Both the position numbers and the translations under genes were made by a program. Of a stretch of DNA of 64,000 nt, positions 26,635 to 39,146 are shown piece by piece (position 1 is the stretch's first letter; the number at the start of each line of letters is the position of its first letter). The notes beneath the pieces are model-generated. The model saw only the letters and a list, made by a program, of their open reading frames with translations. It was not told where the DNA came from and did not search any database. Source of the stretch: Rhizophagus irregularis (lineage: Eukaryota); NCBI RefSeq assembly GCF_026210795.1, contig NC_089430.1, positions 3,286,001-3,350,000 on the forward strand, read 5' to 3'.

Positions 26635-26878
26635 TAAGGTTGCTTGCTGAAACCTAGGAGTTTAGGCAAAATGGCGTTTCACCAAAAAGCGAAATTCTGC
26701 TGAAACTATATTAAAGTTATATTAAAAAACTGGCAAAATTTTGGAGAAAGGCGAAACTGCTGAAACTTATTATAAATGTCGAAACTGCTGAAACTCTGCC
26801 GAAACTATAATAAATCTATAGTAAAATTTTGATAAAACTAATCGTAGGATTTTGAAGAAGTTTAGACAAGCAACCTTA
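26635..26878. mobile_element. hAT MITE family A, copy 3
   Basis: Perfect TSD TCCAGATG; TIR TAAGGTTGCTTG. Confidence 0.9.
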
Positions 26879-26985
26879 TCCAGATGTGTATACATTCGAA
26901 AAAAAGCTGCAGGTTGTTCCAGAAAATGAAAGACCCCTACCTGACTCCGTGATAAGAGGACAACCTGAAAGATTTGTACCTGAAC

Positions 26986-28100
26986 AGGACCCCGCTTACT
27001 TCTAATAGAGGTTACCTATAAGTCTAAGGTAAAAATTACATAGAAAAGTCAAAAAAAACTGGTTGGTAAAATTCTTTATAAATTAAAAAAAGTAAATGTA
27101 ATTCTGTGGTAAGTTTTTTTTATGTAACTGTTAAGTATATGGTAAAATTAAACAGGATTTTAAAATGTAACTTGTAATTATAAGGTAAAATTTATAATTT
27201 TGTAAAATTTATTACTAGTATATACTATTTTTAGCATAAAGTTTATTACACAGACATGTAAAATTTATTATACTATTTTTAGTTACAAGTTTATTACACA
27301 GACACATAAAATTTATTATACTATTTTTAGTACAAATTTATTACACAGACATGTAAAATTTTATTACATAAACACGTAAAATTTATTATACTATTTTTAG
27401 TTACAAGTTTATTACACAGATATGTAAAATTTTATTACACAAACACGTAAAATTTATTATATTATTTTTAGTTACAAGTTTATTACACAGACACATAAAA
27501 TTTCATTACACAAATACGTAAAATTTATTATATTATTTTTAGCATAAGTTTATTACATGGACACGTAAAATTTCATTATACAAATACAGACACATACAAA
27601 TTTATTACACAAACATGTAAAATTAAAAAAATAAATATGTAAAAAAGAATTTTTTATAGATATTCATGTAATATAAAAAATTATAAAATAAAGCAAAGAA
27701 CGGAAAAAATGGGTGGTTGGAGGTAGTAGGTGGGATAAATATAAGTTATTTTTTTTATTTTTTTTTTGTCAAAAAAATAATATATATATTTGTAACTATT
27801 GATCAATTTTGAACTTATTTTAAATAGGAACTTTTTTACATTTTTTTAAAATAATTATATCTAAAAATTAGGCCAATTTTAAAAGAAATAAAAAGTACCA
27901 AATGTATAAAATAAATTATGTTTTATACAATTTATAATTATAAATGTTACTGAACTTGTAAGGTAAAAATATATGTGATTTAAAAATATAACTGGAAAGG
28001 TGGTAAAATTACTTAGTAAAAGGAAAATTAGAGTAAGGTAAATTTACATATAAATCTTAAAAATTTTACGGTGACTTCTATTAGAAGTAAGCGAAATCAT
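26986..28100. mobile_element. AGG-terminus non-autonomous element with internal ~46 bp tandem repeats (27220-27620)
   Basis: TIR AGGACCCCGCTTACTTCTAATAGA (degenerate at the right end); TSD ACCTGAAC/ACCTGAGC. Confidence 0.75.
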
Positions 28101-28276
28101 ACCTGAGCGGATACTCTGACATCGTATCAGGAAAGGCTAAGACTAATACCTAGTTAAGTGAGAATGCTATCTAGATACTGAAGCTACTTGGGAACCCACT
28201 AGTCAATTAGAAGAAGATGTTTCTGACTTAGTTTGCAAGTTTTAGGAATAAAAAAAAATTGAAGAATTAAAAGGTC

Positions 28277-31223
28277 TTATTTTTTGTCTCCTCGATTCAC
28301 GTTAGGAACTATCAGAATAAAAATATTTTTCCTATTGCAAGTAAGGGCTATATACTCACGTGATTTATGGACATTGTGGTTGTAACGTTTTAGACACGTC
28401 TGGCTTAACCCTCGTCCTTCCTGTACTTTCTTTACTCAAAATCGTGAGGTTTTCAGTGATAGTACAATCAGGGGTAAGTTCGATAGACACACCCTTTATC
28501 ATGCCGAATGTTTTACCTGATCCTGAAGTACTGGATATATTATGTATAATACTCTTATCAACATTCAGCCCTAATTCCTCAACAGCTTTCCTCTAAATAA
28601 AAGACATGTTAGTACAAATGTCAGCTAAATATTAAATCGTTATCCCATTAACTTTCCTATCCAGTGCTAAAAGATCTTTAGTATTCTCCAAACGAGATAT
28701 GTCAATATCTATAGGATCATTCTCCCTGATATCCTCTTCTTATTCCTTCTCAGCTAAGTCCTAATCCTTTGGAATCTCTGTAATTTTACCAACAGACTTC
28801 AACTCCTCTTAAAGAATCCCACAGAGCAATTTTCTAAAATCTACAGATCTCAATAGATTCATCAAGTCATTCTTGGTAATGGCTTTTGCAGGTATAGATT
28901 TAGCAGTAATCTTTGCAGGAATCTTAACAGGAGTTGCTTTACCTTTTAAGGGTGCTCCAGGAAAGCTAACTGCTGTCTTACTTGAAGATAACTTAAGAAG
29001 TTTCGAGATACTCGAACCTACTTTTTTTTTGATCCAGAATGAACCATATAAATATCACCATCCCGTTCTACTAATTCCACCTTTTTACCAAGACTCATAA
29101 CATTATTATTAATGTCTATAGCATCGTCATTAAGATCAAGATTTTTCATTTGCTTGAAACAATTCCAAATCATCACATCTATCTTTAGTTTTTTGAAGTT
29201 TCTTCGCAAGTCTTTTAAACATTCCAAGTCCCATAATAAGATCAATATCATTAAGATAATCATGATCATTCCAAGCAGGAGCATCAGAATCATCACCAAC
29301 ATCATGATGTTCATTAGGTACTCCTTCATAATATTCATAATCTTTTTGTTGAATGACACGTTTTTGTGGCTTTGGTTGAACAGGTTGAACTGGTGGTTTA
29401 CGAACTGGTGGCTGTCTCAAATTCTTCTGCAACTCCCAAATTTGCGCTTAAAATGTTTCCATCTGTTTCTTAAGCATTTTATCCATTTCTTCTTGAGTAA
29501 TGCTATCTGAGTAACTGGTTTTAAGATACTGTAGATAACTGGTTCTTGTGAAGTATTAGGAGTTTTAAGTACTTGTCAATGAGCATTTTGCTCAGTCTGA
29601 CCACGCCACATTTCTCCTTTCCTTTTTTTAACTCTTTCTAATCATTCTACCAACTCATCTACAGGAGTATCTACACCGATTCTTTCAGCTTCTACCAAAT
29701 TATCCCTATTCAGTTCACAGAAGAACTGGTTAGTTATAACTTCAGAAGTAAAGTTTAAGACCTGTATACCATTCCTAATTTCATTATAAAACTCATGAAT
29801 AGGTCAACTACCCTGTTCAATACTACTAAATCATAAACGCAATTTTGCTAGAGTAATATCTACCTATTTTAACAATAGTATGATAAGGTCAAAAAGGTAT
29901 AATGTAAGGATTTCCAGCACCAGCACCACTAACATTCATAATAATACCTGCAGCAGTAACAAAATTAAGATTAGCATCAGTAAGTTCCATACCCGCTCGA
30001 TCTCTCCATATATCATTATTAGCCCTATTTATCTCATAGTCAGGCCATATTTCGGTCATGAAATTACCTGCATTATTGTGACCTTGTTGATATTGAGTAG
30101 CTACTGAATTTGCAACCAAAACATGATTGGGAGCAGCGGCAGTAACGACTGCATTGTTAAGAGCTAATGCTCAAAAAGCGGCTTTATTGCAATTAGTAAT
30201 AACACGTACAAGTATATTTCGAAGTCTAACATTTTTTCCTAAAATATTGTTATCATACCATTCTGCAGCATGACCTTTCAAACAAGTTCGAAGAATACTT
30301 AAAACTTTCTCGTAACTAGCTAGAGGGCCACCAGATGCATCAGCAGGATTGATATTAAAACTGTGAAGGTACTCCTTATATAGCTTAATAAATTGATTAA
30401 AATTTTCATCTTCACGTCCTTCAAAAATAGGAAGTCCTAATGCAACAGTAGCCATATCACAGAATGTTCTGGATTGTTGGGAGAAGGCGGAGGAAAGTTC
30501 AATTGTCTAATTCGAAACTATTGTACCTGAATACACAGAGCAGCTATCTGTTGAAAAAGTCGATTTCTAAGACGTCCCAATGTCTGGATCCCAAAATGCA
30601 TTTGATTATTAGCATGTACTAATTGTGCATCAACCTGTCCAAGTTGCGCATTAGCTAATACAAGTTATCTTCCAGTTCAAGTAACTCTCATCTGCCAATG
30701 ATTCAGAAGAATATTACCATGATTGATTGCATTTTGAACCTCATTACAATCTTTTACTGCTTGAGTATAATCTGCTTGTATTACATTACGTTCATGTCAT
30801 GCCTGATTACGCTCACCTATAGCCTATTTATGAAGCTCTACCATAGTATCATAATCTCTTTGTAGGTTATGATTTCCTTCTGTAAAATTATCATTAATTG
30901 TACGTATGTCACGTAATTATTGTAAACGTTTCATCAAATGCATTTATCCTATCATATGTGTAAGCTAACAAACTTTTTGTAGTATCAAGTTCTTCATGTT
31001 TTGCTTTACAGTATTGCATTAATATATTAATAATATGTTTGATTTGATTATTCGCCTCGTGTATCTTTGAATCAACAGATAAATGACCCCTGGTAGTCAA
31101 TAAATTTGCATGAGCCTTAAGTATTCTAATTAACTCATCATCATCTTCTTCATTGGCCAAGTGTGCAAGAGGTAGTCCAGTAGGTTCTGAAGGAGAATAA
31201 ATTGCAATTGGTGATGTTGACAT
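28277..31223 (-). pseudogene. Coiled-coil region, retroelement Gag-like protein and retropepsin-like aspartic protease; no RT
   Basis: LPIFEGREDENFNQFI...LRTCLKGHAAEWY; IEQG..PIHEFY..NQFF; protease-like YLADICTNMSFI..KAVEELGL; ends with TAA at 28277-28279; many stops and frameshifts. Confidence 0.7.
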
Positions 31224-31255
31224 TATATTTAAACTAAGTTAGAACAAAATTCAAA

Positions 31256-32843
31256 TGGATCTCTATATATACAATTTGGATGAGTATACGATCGACTCAA
31301 GACAGAGTAATGAGTATGCTACAACATGGCTATTCTCATTAGCCATAACAGGTAGCGTAAAACCATTATGATCATTAACTTGCTAATGGGAGATAAGAAA
31401 GCAAAAAAGCTATTAGCAGCAGAAAGCGGATGGTAATTGGTACGTACGTATTATGTGATGCAGTACTTTTAGTTGGCAGATACCAAGACCTTGCACAGGT
31501 CGAAAAGTAAAAAATCAGGCACTAATCGGTCACCAATCAGGTACCTGATTGGTGACCGATTGGTAACTGATTGATGCCTGATTTTTTACTTTTCGATCTG
31601 TTTTGCCTACTATTAAAATAGGTCACCCTGTGGCCTAAGGTAAAGTTTACATATAAATCACTTTGAAGATCTTACTATAAAAGGAAATTTTATGTTATAT
31701 TGTTATAATTTTTTTTCTTTTTAGTTAATTAACCAATAAAATTTAAGCAAATCCTAAGGTAAGGTTTTATATGAAAGTGAAATTTCTACTAGTAACATAT
31801 CTTAGTAGTAGGCGGAGACCTCAGATACCTTGAAAAACTAAAGTGGGCAGTCGTACGTGATTTTTTCGAAGAAGAAGAAATCTTATTTACCGCAGTAATC
31901 CATAGTGAAATTCCAGAGATTAACTCTTTTGATTCATTCTAAGCTACTGTAATTATATTCAAGGATCTAACAGATACTTCCAAAAAAACTCAGAACCTTA
32001 TCACTAGTTACTTTACACATGGACGACACAAAAATATTTTATGTATCTATATAACCCAAAAATTCTTCACTATTCCCAAGGCTATTCGTGAGAATGTGAA
32101 TTATATCTCTCTACATGGAAATTATGGAAGCTTTATAAATACTAAGAGAATCATCTGTCAATATACAGAAGAATCTGAGTCATTAGCTCCAGTAATTGAT
32201 GACTTTACTCTACAACATGAATTTGTAGTGTTCGATCTTAAATGATCTAAAAGTGATCTATTATCTAGATGGGATATTAGTCTCAGTTCGATAACAGAGC
32301 AATCTCAGTTTGATCTCAGTTTGAACCCAATTCAATCTCAATTCAATTTCAGTTTGATCCAAGTTTGAACCCAGTTCAATCTGAGTTTAAACCCAGTCTG
32401 ATTGCAGTTCGATCAAAGTTTAATCCATATGGACAGAAAGCTGTAGCTGAAGCAAAAAAAGGGTGGATACTTGATTGAATTTACTCAGGTATTTCTATTC
32501 TCTAAAGAGTGTAAGCATTTACTTGTACCTGGTGTCTTAGCCAAGAATGCAGATATCTGAATTAAGTATGTCAGCTAGTATGTCTTTTGGAAAGCTTATA
32601 GACTCTCTGGTAAGATCTTAGGAGAAGACTTCCAAAACTTCTTTATAGTGGTAGAACTGCGAAGACCAAAACTTCAAAACCTGAAACCATAAAAGAGTTA
32701 TTCTCCCGATATGAAGCTCTGAAGTCTAGTCACTCTTTAAATAGCAAAAAATAATAGAAGGTATTGAAGTTCTTCTACAGATCTTTTTCAAGGGTAATAT
32801 GGATTGTAATGCACTACGAGTAAGGATTAATAGTATCTTGTGA
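31256..32843 (+). pseudogene. A32-like (FtsK-HerA) virion packaging ATPase with C-terminal extension
   Basis: Eroded Walker A (LAITGS...IINLL), Walker B VIIFKDL, then [33 protein letters not shown]; frame restored after removing 31485-31821. Confidence 0.8.
31485..31821. mobile_element. AGG-terminus MITE with a nested palindromic MITE (~31490-31601)
   Basis: Perfect TSD CAGATACC; removal gives VGRYLEKLKW. Confidence 0.75.
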
Positions 32844-32877
32844 AAATTTCACGTAATTCGTCTACAGTAGCTCTAAG

Positions 32878-33256
32878 TAGAGTTCCAATCCATCATCCGA
32901 CGGATGATCAATCTCTTCTCATTTATTTTTGGAAAGAGACATTTATGTTTCATAATTTATAATTTAGGAACTGCATTCAATGTAAGGTGATCAGACTATG
33001 CATTATTTAATTAATTGAACATAAAATAAATGGGGTGAAATCTTAGTCGGATTGAAATTTTCATCCGTCGGATGATATTTTAATCTGTTCCTAATTTTTC
33101 CTCACTTTCATTTTTGAAAAAAAAGTTTATTTATTAAATTATATACTGTATTATGCTCTTAGGATATCCTTAAAAAAAAATGCTCTTTTATATTAATTAA
33201 ATGAGCGTACAACTGTCAAAATGTGATTATCCGTCGGATGACGGATTGGAACTCTA
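32878..33256. mobile_element. hAT MITE
   Basis: TIR TAGAGTTCCAATCC; perfect TSD GCTCTAAG. Confidence 0.9.
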
Positions 33257-33548
33257 GCTCTAAGAATCATACTAGCACTTTTTTTACGGCCCTCAAAGTC
33301 AATTCGTAACATCTTAGCTTTTAACATTATAGCTTTTAAAGCTCAAAAAGCAAAGTTCTTAGTCATCAGATTACTCATATGACTCATATGACTCGTATAA
33401 TTCTTATAGAATGTAGTGAATAGCTCATCAATACCATCTGGATATGTATCACATAAGAACTGATATAAGGCAATTTCTCCGCTATCACATCCAATGGCTA
33501 CAAGCTGTTCAAGTAGCCATTTTCTAATATTCTCATATAGCTTTCCAT

Positions 33549-33879
33549 CCCTATAAAAAAAATTTTACTTAAAATATATTTAAAATATATTTAATTTTCT
33601 TATTTTATACTTAAAATATACTAAAAATTGAATTTTCACAAAATTTGAATTTAAATTGTATTTAATATATACTTAAAATATATTTAATTTACATTTAAAT
33701 TTTGCCCATTTCAGTATATTTTAAGGATGTTTAAAATAAGAATATTTTAAGTATATTATTATATACTTAAATTATACTTAAATGATATTTAATTTTTACC
33801 TATTTCAGTATATTTTAAGTATAAAATAAAATTTCAAGTTTATTTTAAGTATATTTTAGCAAAAATATTTTTTATAGGA
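33549..33879. mobile_element. CMC/CACTA-type MITE
   Basis: CCCTATAAAAAA terminus; 3 bp TSD CAT; removal restores LMDGK. Confidence 0.75.
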
Positions 33880-35211
33880 CATCCATAAGTTTTATATTTA
33901 GTCTCTATACGAATAATTGTATAAAGTCCATATTACTTTTCTGATGGATAATCTGAATTAACTTATTCTTGACAAGTCTTAAGGCTTGCAGAGGATCACT
34001 CTCATCACTAATCTTCTTTATAATCTGTCTATATAATACGCTGGATAATCCTCTATGTACTGCTTTTGCAGAGATTACTTCACAATTCTGATACTGGTTT
34101 ATTATGATTGACATGGCTATTTTTCTTTATGTAAAAAAGAATTATTCAAAATTACATAACTATTCAGAGCAGTCCTTACACAACCTATTCGTTAAGTCAC
34201 TCAGATTTGTAAGCATAAGATATTCCTTGCACAACTCGATATTAAGCTCTGCAAATTTTCGGGTATGGCTTCTAACGTACGTACGATTGTTAACACTGAG
34301 GAAGGCGTCCTGTTAGTCATATCCTGCTCTAGGATAAGATCATTATACAGTATAACGCTGCATAAAACACCTGGTATAATTTAAGAAACCCGCTTAGATT
34401 GTATAGTATCCAGGGAGGTGTTATGTGGGAAGGAGGGTACTATAATAGGGGATACGTTGAAAGGAGGGTATTAATCATGTGATAATTAATATACTGGTAA
34501 TCTTAAAAAGTAATGAAAAATTCAATAAAACTTTCCGCAAATATAAAAATAATTTAATTTATTGCAAAATGATGATTGTTATAGAATTTTAACGATTTAC
34601 TAGACAAATCTTTTTATCAGATGACCTGCAAGGGGTAGCACAATTTTGAAAAAAGCGCAATAAAATGATCATGATATTCAATCACGTCAGTGTTCTTCGC
34701 ATTTTTACAAATTTTAATTTCTTTATTTCATTAATAAAATGGTTCGTCCTCAAGCAAATAAAAGTAGTAACTGTCTAACAATAACAGAGAAAAAAAGGAG
34801 ACACTGGAACATATGCAAAAAAGTTGCAATTATTATGTATTATGAAAATGGCCATAGTAAAAATAAGACAGCAGTAAAGTTTAATATTCAAACAAACCAA
34901 CTTCGCAACTAGATATCTAAAAAACCTCAGTTACTCAAAGTATAACTAGATGTTAAACGTTTAAATACAGAAGCAAAACCAAAATACCCTACTTTAGAAA
35001 CTGCTTTACTTATTTGGGTAAAAGAAAAAAAAATCAAAATGCAGTTATGCGAAGCATGATTTAAATGAAGGCCAAAGCACTTGTACAACAACGCCAATGG
35101 TAAGTTACATGTTCTGGTGTTGGATCTTTTGCTTTAGTAATAAGTGGCTAAATGGTTTTATACGACGAAAAAATTCAAGTAATCGCTGCTGTACTACTAT
35201 TGTGCTATGTT

Positions 35212-36876
35212 AGGATCCCGAAAAATACATATAAAAATCAGAGATGATCGGCAAAATTTTGCCTTAAAATAAGCAAATATTTTTACTAAGATCAATACAC
35301 AAAGTTGATTTCTGACTTTATAATTTATATTAGAATAAGCAAATTTTTTTTATGACATTTGTATATTAAAAAAATGAAATCATGGCTTTTTTTTTAATTT
35401 AATTAGTTGTATTTAGAATATACTTCCAGTATAATTGATTTTCAATTGCTAGCATAATGCCAAATTGCAAAAATTAATTTGTACTGACGTATTTATTTAT
35501 ACTACTATATTTAATTATTTGATAATTCAAGTATTAACACTAAAACAAAAAGATTGTTCATTATTTTTTTATAAATTATAACAAAAACTTAGAATATAAT
35601 TTATAAAATCATTTCTAAAAGAAGATCCTATTTCTAAAGAAAAAAAATATTAATACTACTTTCACATATAAAACAAAAAAAATTCCACCCTATTCTCAAC
35701 TTATTAAAAATTTCAGTTTAGTTTTAATCTAAAAACCATTTCTAATAGAAAAAACAATAGAAATATTAATAATACTTCTAAAATAAACAAAATAAAGCTA
35801 AAAAATTCTTTACTTACAGTGAGCATTGGAGTTCCAGTCTGAATTCCAAGTTCCTAAGAAAAAAGTAAAAGGAATATTAGTATGGTAATATTTCCAAAAA
35901 AATTGACTATACTTTTCTCTTAACTCATATTTTTCCAAGATATTGGTATCTAAAATAATAAATTTTAAATTTAAGAAGTTGCTTTTAAAGAAAAATAATA
36001 AAAAGGAATATTAATAACATTCTAAACCAAATATTTTTTTTTAATAAAATGGCTTGTTGTTAAAAAAATATAACAATAAAGGCCAAAAAAAATTTTTATT
36101 GAATAAAACGGTTTGTTACAAACCAAAAAAAATATTTTATTTTTTTCTTTCAATAAAACGGTCTGTTAAAAGTCAAAAAATTGAAAAAAATTATCTATTA
36201 TCAATCAGATTAGCCGTCAATTACGTATTTTCAAAAATTTATGTATTATACTATACGTAATGCTGCTTATTAGGGAATTCCAAAGCATTATGCTGCTAAT
36301 TAGTAGAAAATCGCTGGAATTCCAAGCATTATACTACTAATTAGTAGAAAATTGCTGGAATTCCAAGGCGTTATGCTGCTAATTAATAGAAAATTGCTGA
36401 AATTTCAAGGCGTTATGCTGCTAATTAGTAGAAAATTGCTGGAATTCCAAGGCGTTATGCTGCTAATTAGTAGAAGACTGCTGGAATTATATATATATAT
36501 TTTTTTTATTAAAAAATACCGTTGACTACGCAAATTAAAATATATGACATATATAAAAATGATTGTTATTACGCAAACTATATATATAACCTTTTAAAAA
36601 ATCTCAAAATCTACAGTCAAACCTTGATATAGCGAACCCTTGATATAGTGAATTTTTCAGACAACTATAATAAATTTCCCCTTGCTATAACGAATTAACC
36701 AATCAAATCTCTTAAAATCTTCACTATAGCCCTATAGCGAAGTTGGCAGGCTCAACCTGAGGTTCGTTATAACAAGGGTTGACTGTATACAAATAAAATT
36801 TTATGACTTTTGGAAATTTTACTAATATGGTTAAGCAAACTTACACGTGACCTTTATATGTATTTTTCGGGGTCCT
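35212..36876. mobile_element. AGG-terminus non-autonomous element with ~42 bp tandem repeats (36260-36490)
   Basis: TIR AGGA(T/C)CCCGAAAAATACATATAAA; TSD GCTATGTT/ACTATGTT. Confidence 0.8.
36614..36785. mobile_element. Tc1/mariner-type MITE
   Basis: TA|CAGTCAA...TTGACTG|TA; inverted copy at 46067-46238. Confidence 0.85.
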
Positions 36877-38433
36877 ACTATGTTTACCTGATGATCTAGT
36901 TGAAAAACAACAAGAATTTTTATCATACATTGTATATCGGCGTATTCAGTATGATTATCCTTTAGCATATATCAGTAACATGAATGTAGTATTCTGCACA
37001 AATCAATTCGTAACACAATGTGATCCTGATTGCTCCTGAATAATAAAAATGTATTTTGCAAATAGCTTTTGATCTACTCTGCACAACAGGACATGAAAAA
37101 GCTAACTTTACAGTAGTTTTAATGTGTATGGCAAATGGAAGAAAACTTCCTCCACTTATAATTTTCAAACTTAAAAATGTTCCTTAAGAAAATTTTTCTC
37201 CAGAAGTAATTATTCGTGCAAATCAAAAGAGTTGGATGAATGAAAATAAGATGCTTTATTGAATCAAAAATATTTGGACTAAACGTGAAAGAGTTTTTAA
37301 TCTACAGTCATTATTAGTTTTGGATTCGTTTTTGTCACATAGTAAATTCTGTTAAAAGGCGTTTTGGTAAAAAAAATACCAATATTGCTGTAATTCCTGG
37401 AAGATTAACATCCCACCTACAACTCTTAGATGTTTCAGTGAATAAATCATTTAAGACCAAGGTAACAATTATTACTCTGATCCCTTTAACAATATCATTT
37501 AATTCTATTTTGCTTTTTTGATTTCTAGTTATAATAAAAAAAAAATAAAAAATATTAAAATTTGTTATTATTATCCTATAGATGCGACAAAACTATAATG
37601 AATGGATGGCAGAAGCTGTTAAAGAGTTAACACCAGCTGGTAATTTAAAAAAACCCTCTTACGAAATCGTAGCAAAGTGGGTTAGAGATTCATGGAATGC
37701 AGTTGATGTTAATTTAATTCAGAAATCTTTTAAATGCTGTGGCATCTCTAATAAGCATGATGGAACTGAAGATGACTGGATTTTTAACTATAATCGACTT
37801 GGACAAGGAAATTAGCCAGAGGATGAAGTAGAAATGCCATCAGATAAACATGGCAATGATGAGGAAGGGAAAACAGATGGTGAATATGTTGGTAAGGAGA
37901 GAGAAACGGATGAAAAATATATTAATGAGGAAGAGGAAGAAGATGATGAGGAAGAATACGAAGGAAAAAAGGATGATGAGGAAGAATATGAAAGGAAGAA
38001 GATGAAGAGGGAGAATATGAAGGAGAAGAGGATGGATATAATGATGAATATCATAGTCATTACAAACAAGGAACAAATTACGTTAACATATGGAATGATT
38101 AGCGGGTAGCTTTGAATGTGTAACAATGCTTATTATTCGTTAATAAAGCTTATTAGTTTTCAAACTGAAGTTTTTTTTTACGTTTATAAGTTAATTAATA
38201 AATTAATAAAGTTAATATATTATTATTTATTATATTTAATTTATTTATTATAATATATATAAATGATTACTTTACAAAATCAATAATTGATTAATACCAG
38301 GTACTATTCAAAATCAGATATTGATTAGTACTGGGGTACTTTTCAAAAATACTAGAATGTAAACTTTAAGTAATACCCCAGTACTAATTAAGGGGAGTAT
38401 TATTCCAGGAGGTACTATATGTAGTGCTGTATG

Positions 38434-39146
38434 TAGGGATGGTTAGGTTGGTCCTGGTTCGGTTCTGGTCCTAGGACCTATAAGTCCTATTGAACGGACC
38501 TGCAGACCAGGTCCTGTTAGGACCAGTCCTGAACCTGGTCCCTGGACCTGGTCCTGATTAAGTTATTTATAGATTTTATGAATTTAGTAATAACTAAATA
38601 TAAAAAAAGAGAGTTGCAATATTGGGATTCACTTTTTTATATTGATTTTATATAAAAAAAGTGAGTTGCGATATCGCGATTCACTTTTTTATATTGATTT
38701 TATATAAAAAAGTGAGTTGCGGTATCGCGATTCACTTTTTTATATTGATTTTATATAAAAAAAGTGAGTTGCGGTATCACGATTCACTTTTTTATATTGA
38801 TTTTATATAAAAAAAGTGAGTTGCGGTATCGCGATTCACCTTTTTATATGATTTAATATAAAAATGTGAATTGCAATATCGCAACTCATTTTTTATATGA
38901 TTTTATTAATATAAAAATTGTATTGCAATATTGCAATGCACTTTTTTATAATTTATAATTACTTAAAATCAAATTTACAGCAAATTATACATATATAATT
39001 TAAACATATGGATCTCTTATAACCTTATTGGCTAGGACTTTTTAGGACCTGGTCCGCTTCTAGTCCAAAATTTGGACCTAAAGATCTGCAGACCAGGTCT
39101 TAAGACCAAGTCTTTAGGTCCAGGACCTAGGACTTTACCATCTCTA
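38434..39146. mobile_element. hAT non-autonomous element with ~51 bp palindromic tandem repeats
   Basis: TIR TAG(G/A)GATGGT; perfect TSD GCTGTATG. Confidence 0.9.

Larger units (their letters stand above)
26560..28305 (+). pseudogene. Integrase C-terminus plus chromodomain (Polinton/Maverick-like), split by two inserts
   Basis: Reconstructed PTYFLNGL..GVSRCVY.R..LQVVPENE...PERFVPERIL*HRIRKG*D*YLVK*ECYLDTEATWEPTSQLEED; catalytic core not in view. Confidence 0.65.
32827..34114 (-). pseudogene. Abutting hypothetical ORF(s) of the virus-like element
   Basis: MSIIINQYQNCEVISAKAVHRG...KLM|DGKLYENIRKWLLEQLVAIGCD; frames restored after removing two MITEs. Confidence 0.55.
34404..38417 (+). mobile_element. 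pogo/Tigger-like transposon with degenerate transposase (34739-~38100)
   Basis: CENP-B-type HTH, TTGHEK..FTVVL, LLVLDSF, LQLLDVSVNKSFK, acidic tail; TA TSD; TAGTA(C/T)C ends. Confidence 0.8.

Noticed and set aside
28277..31223. Ordinary Ty3/Gypsy LTR retrotransposon
   Set aside because: No LTRs, RT or RNase H seen; the protease ORF stops and the chromodomain is on the opposite strand. Not fully excluded without other copies
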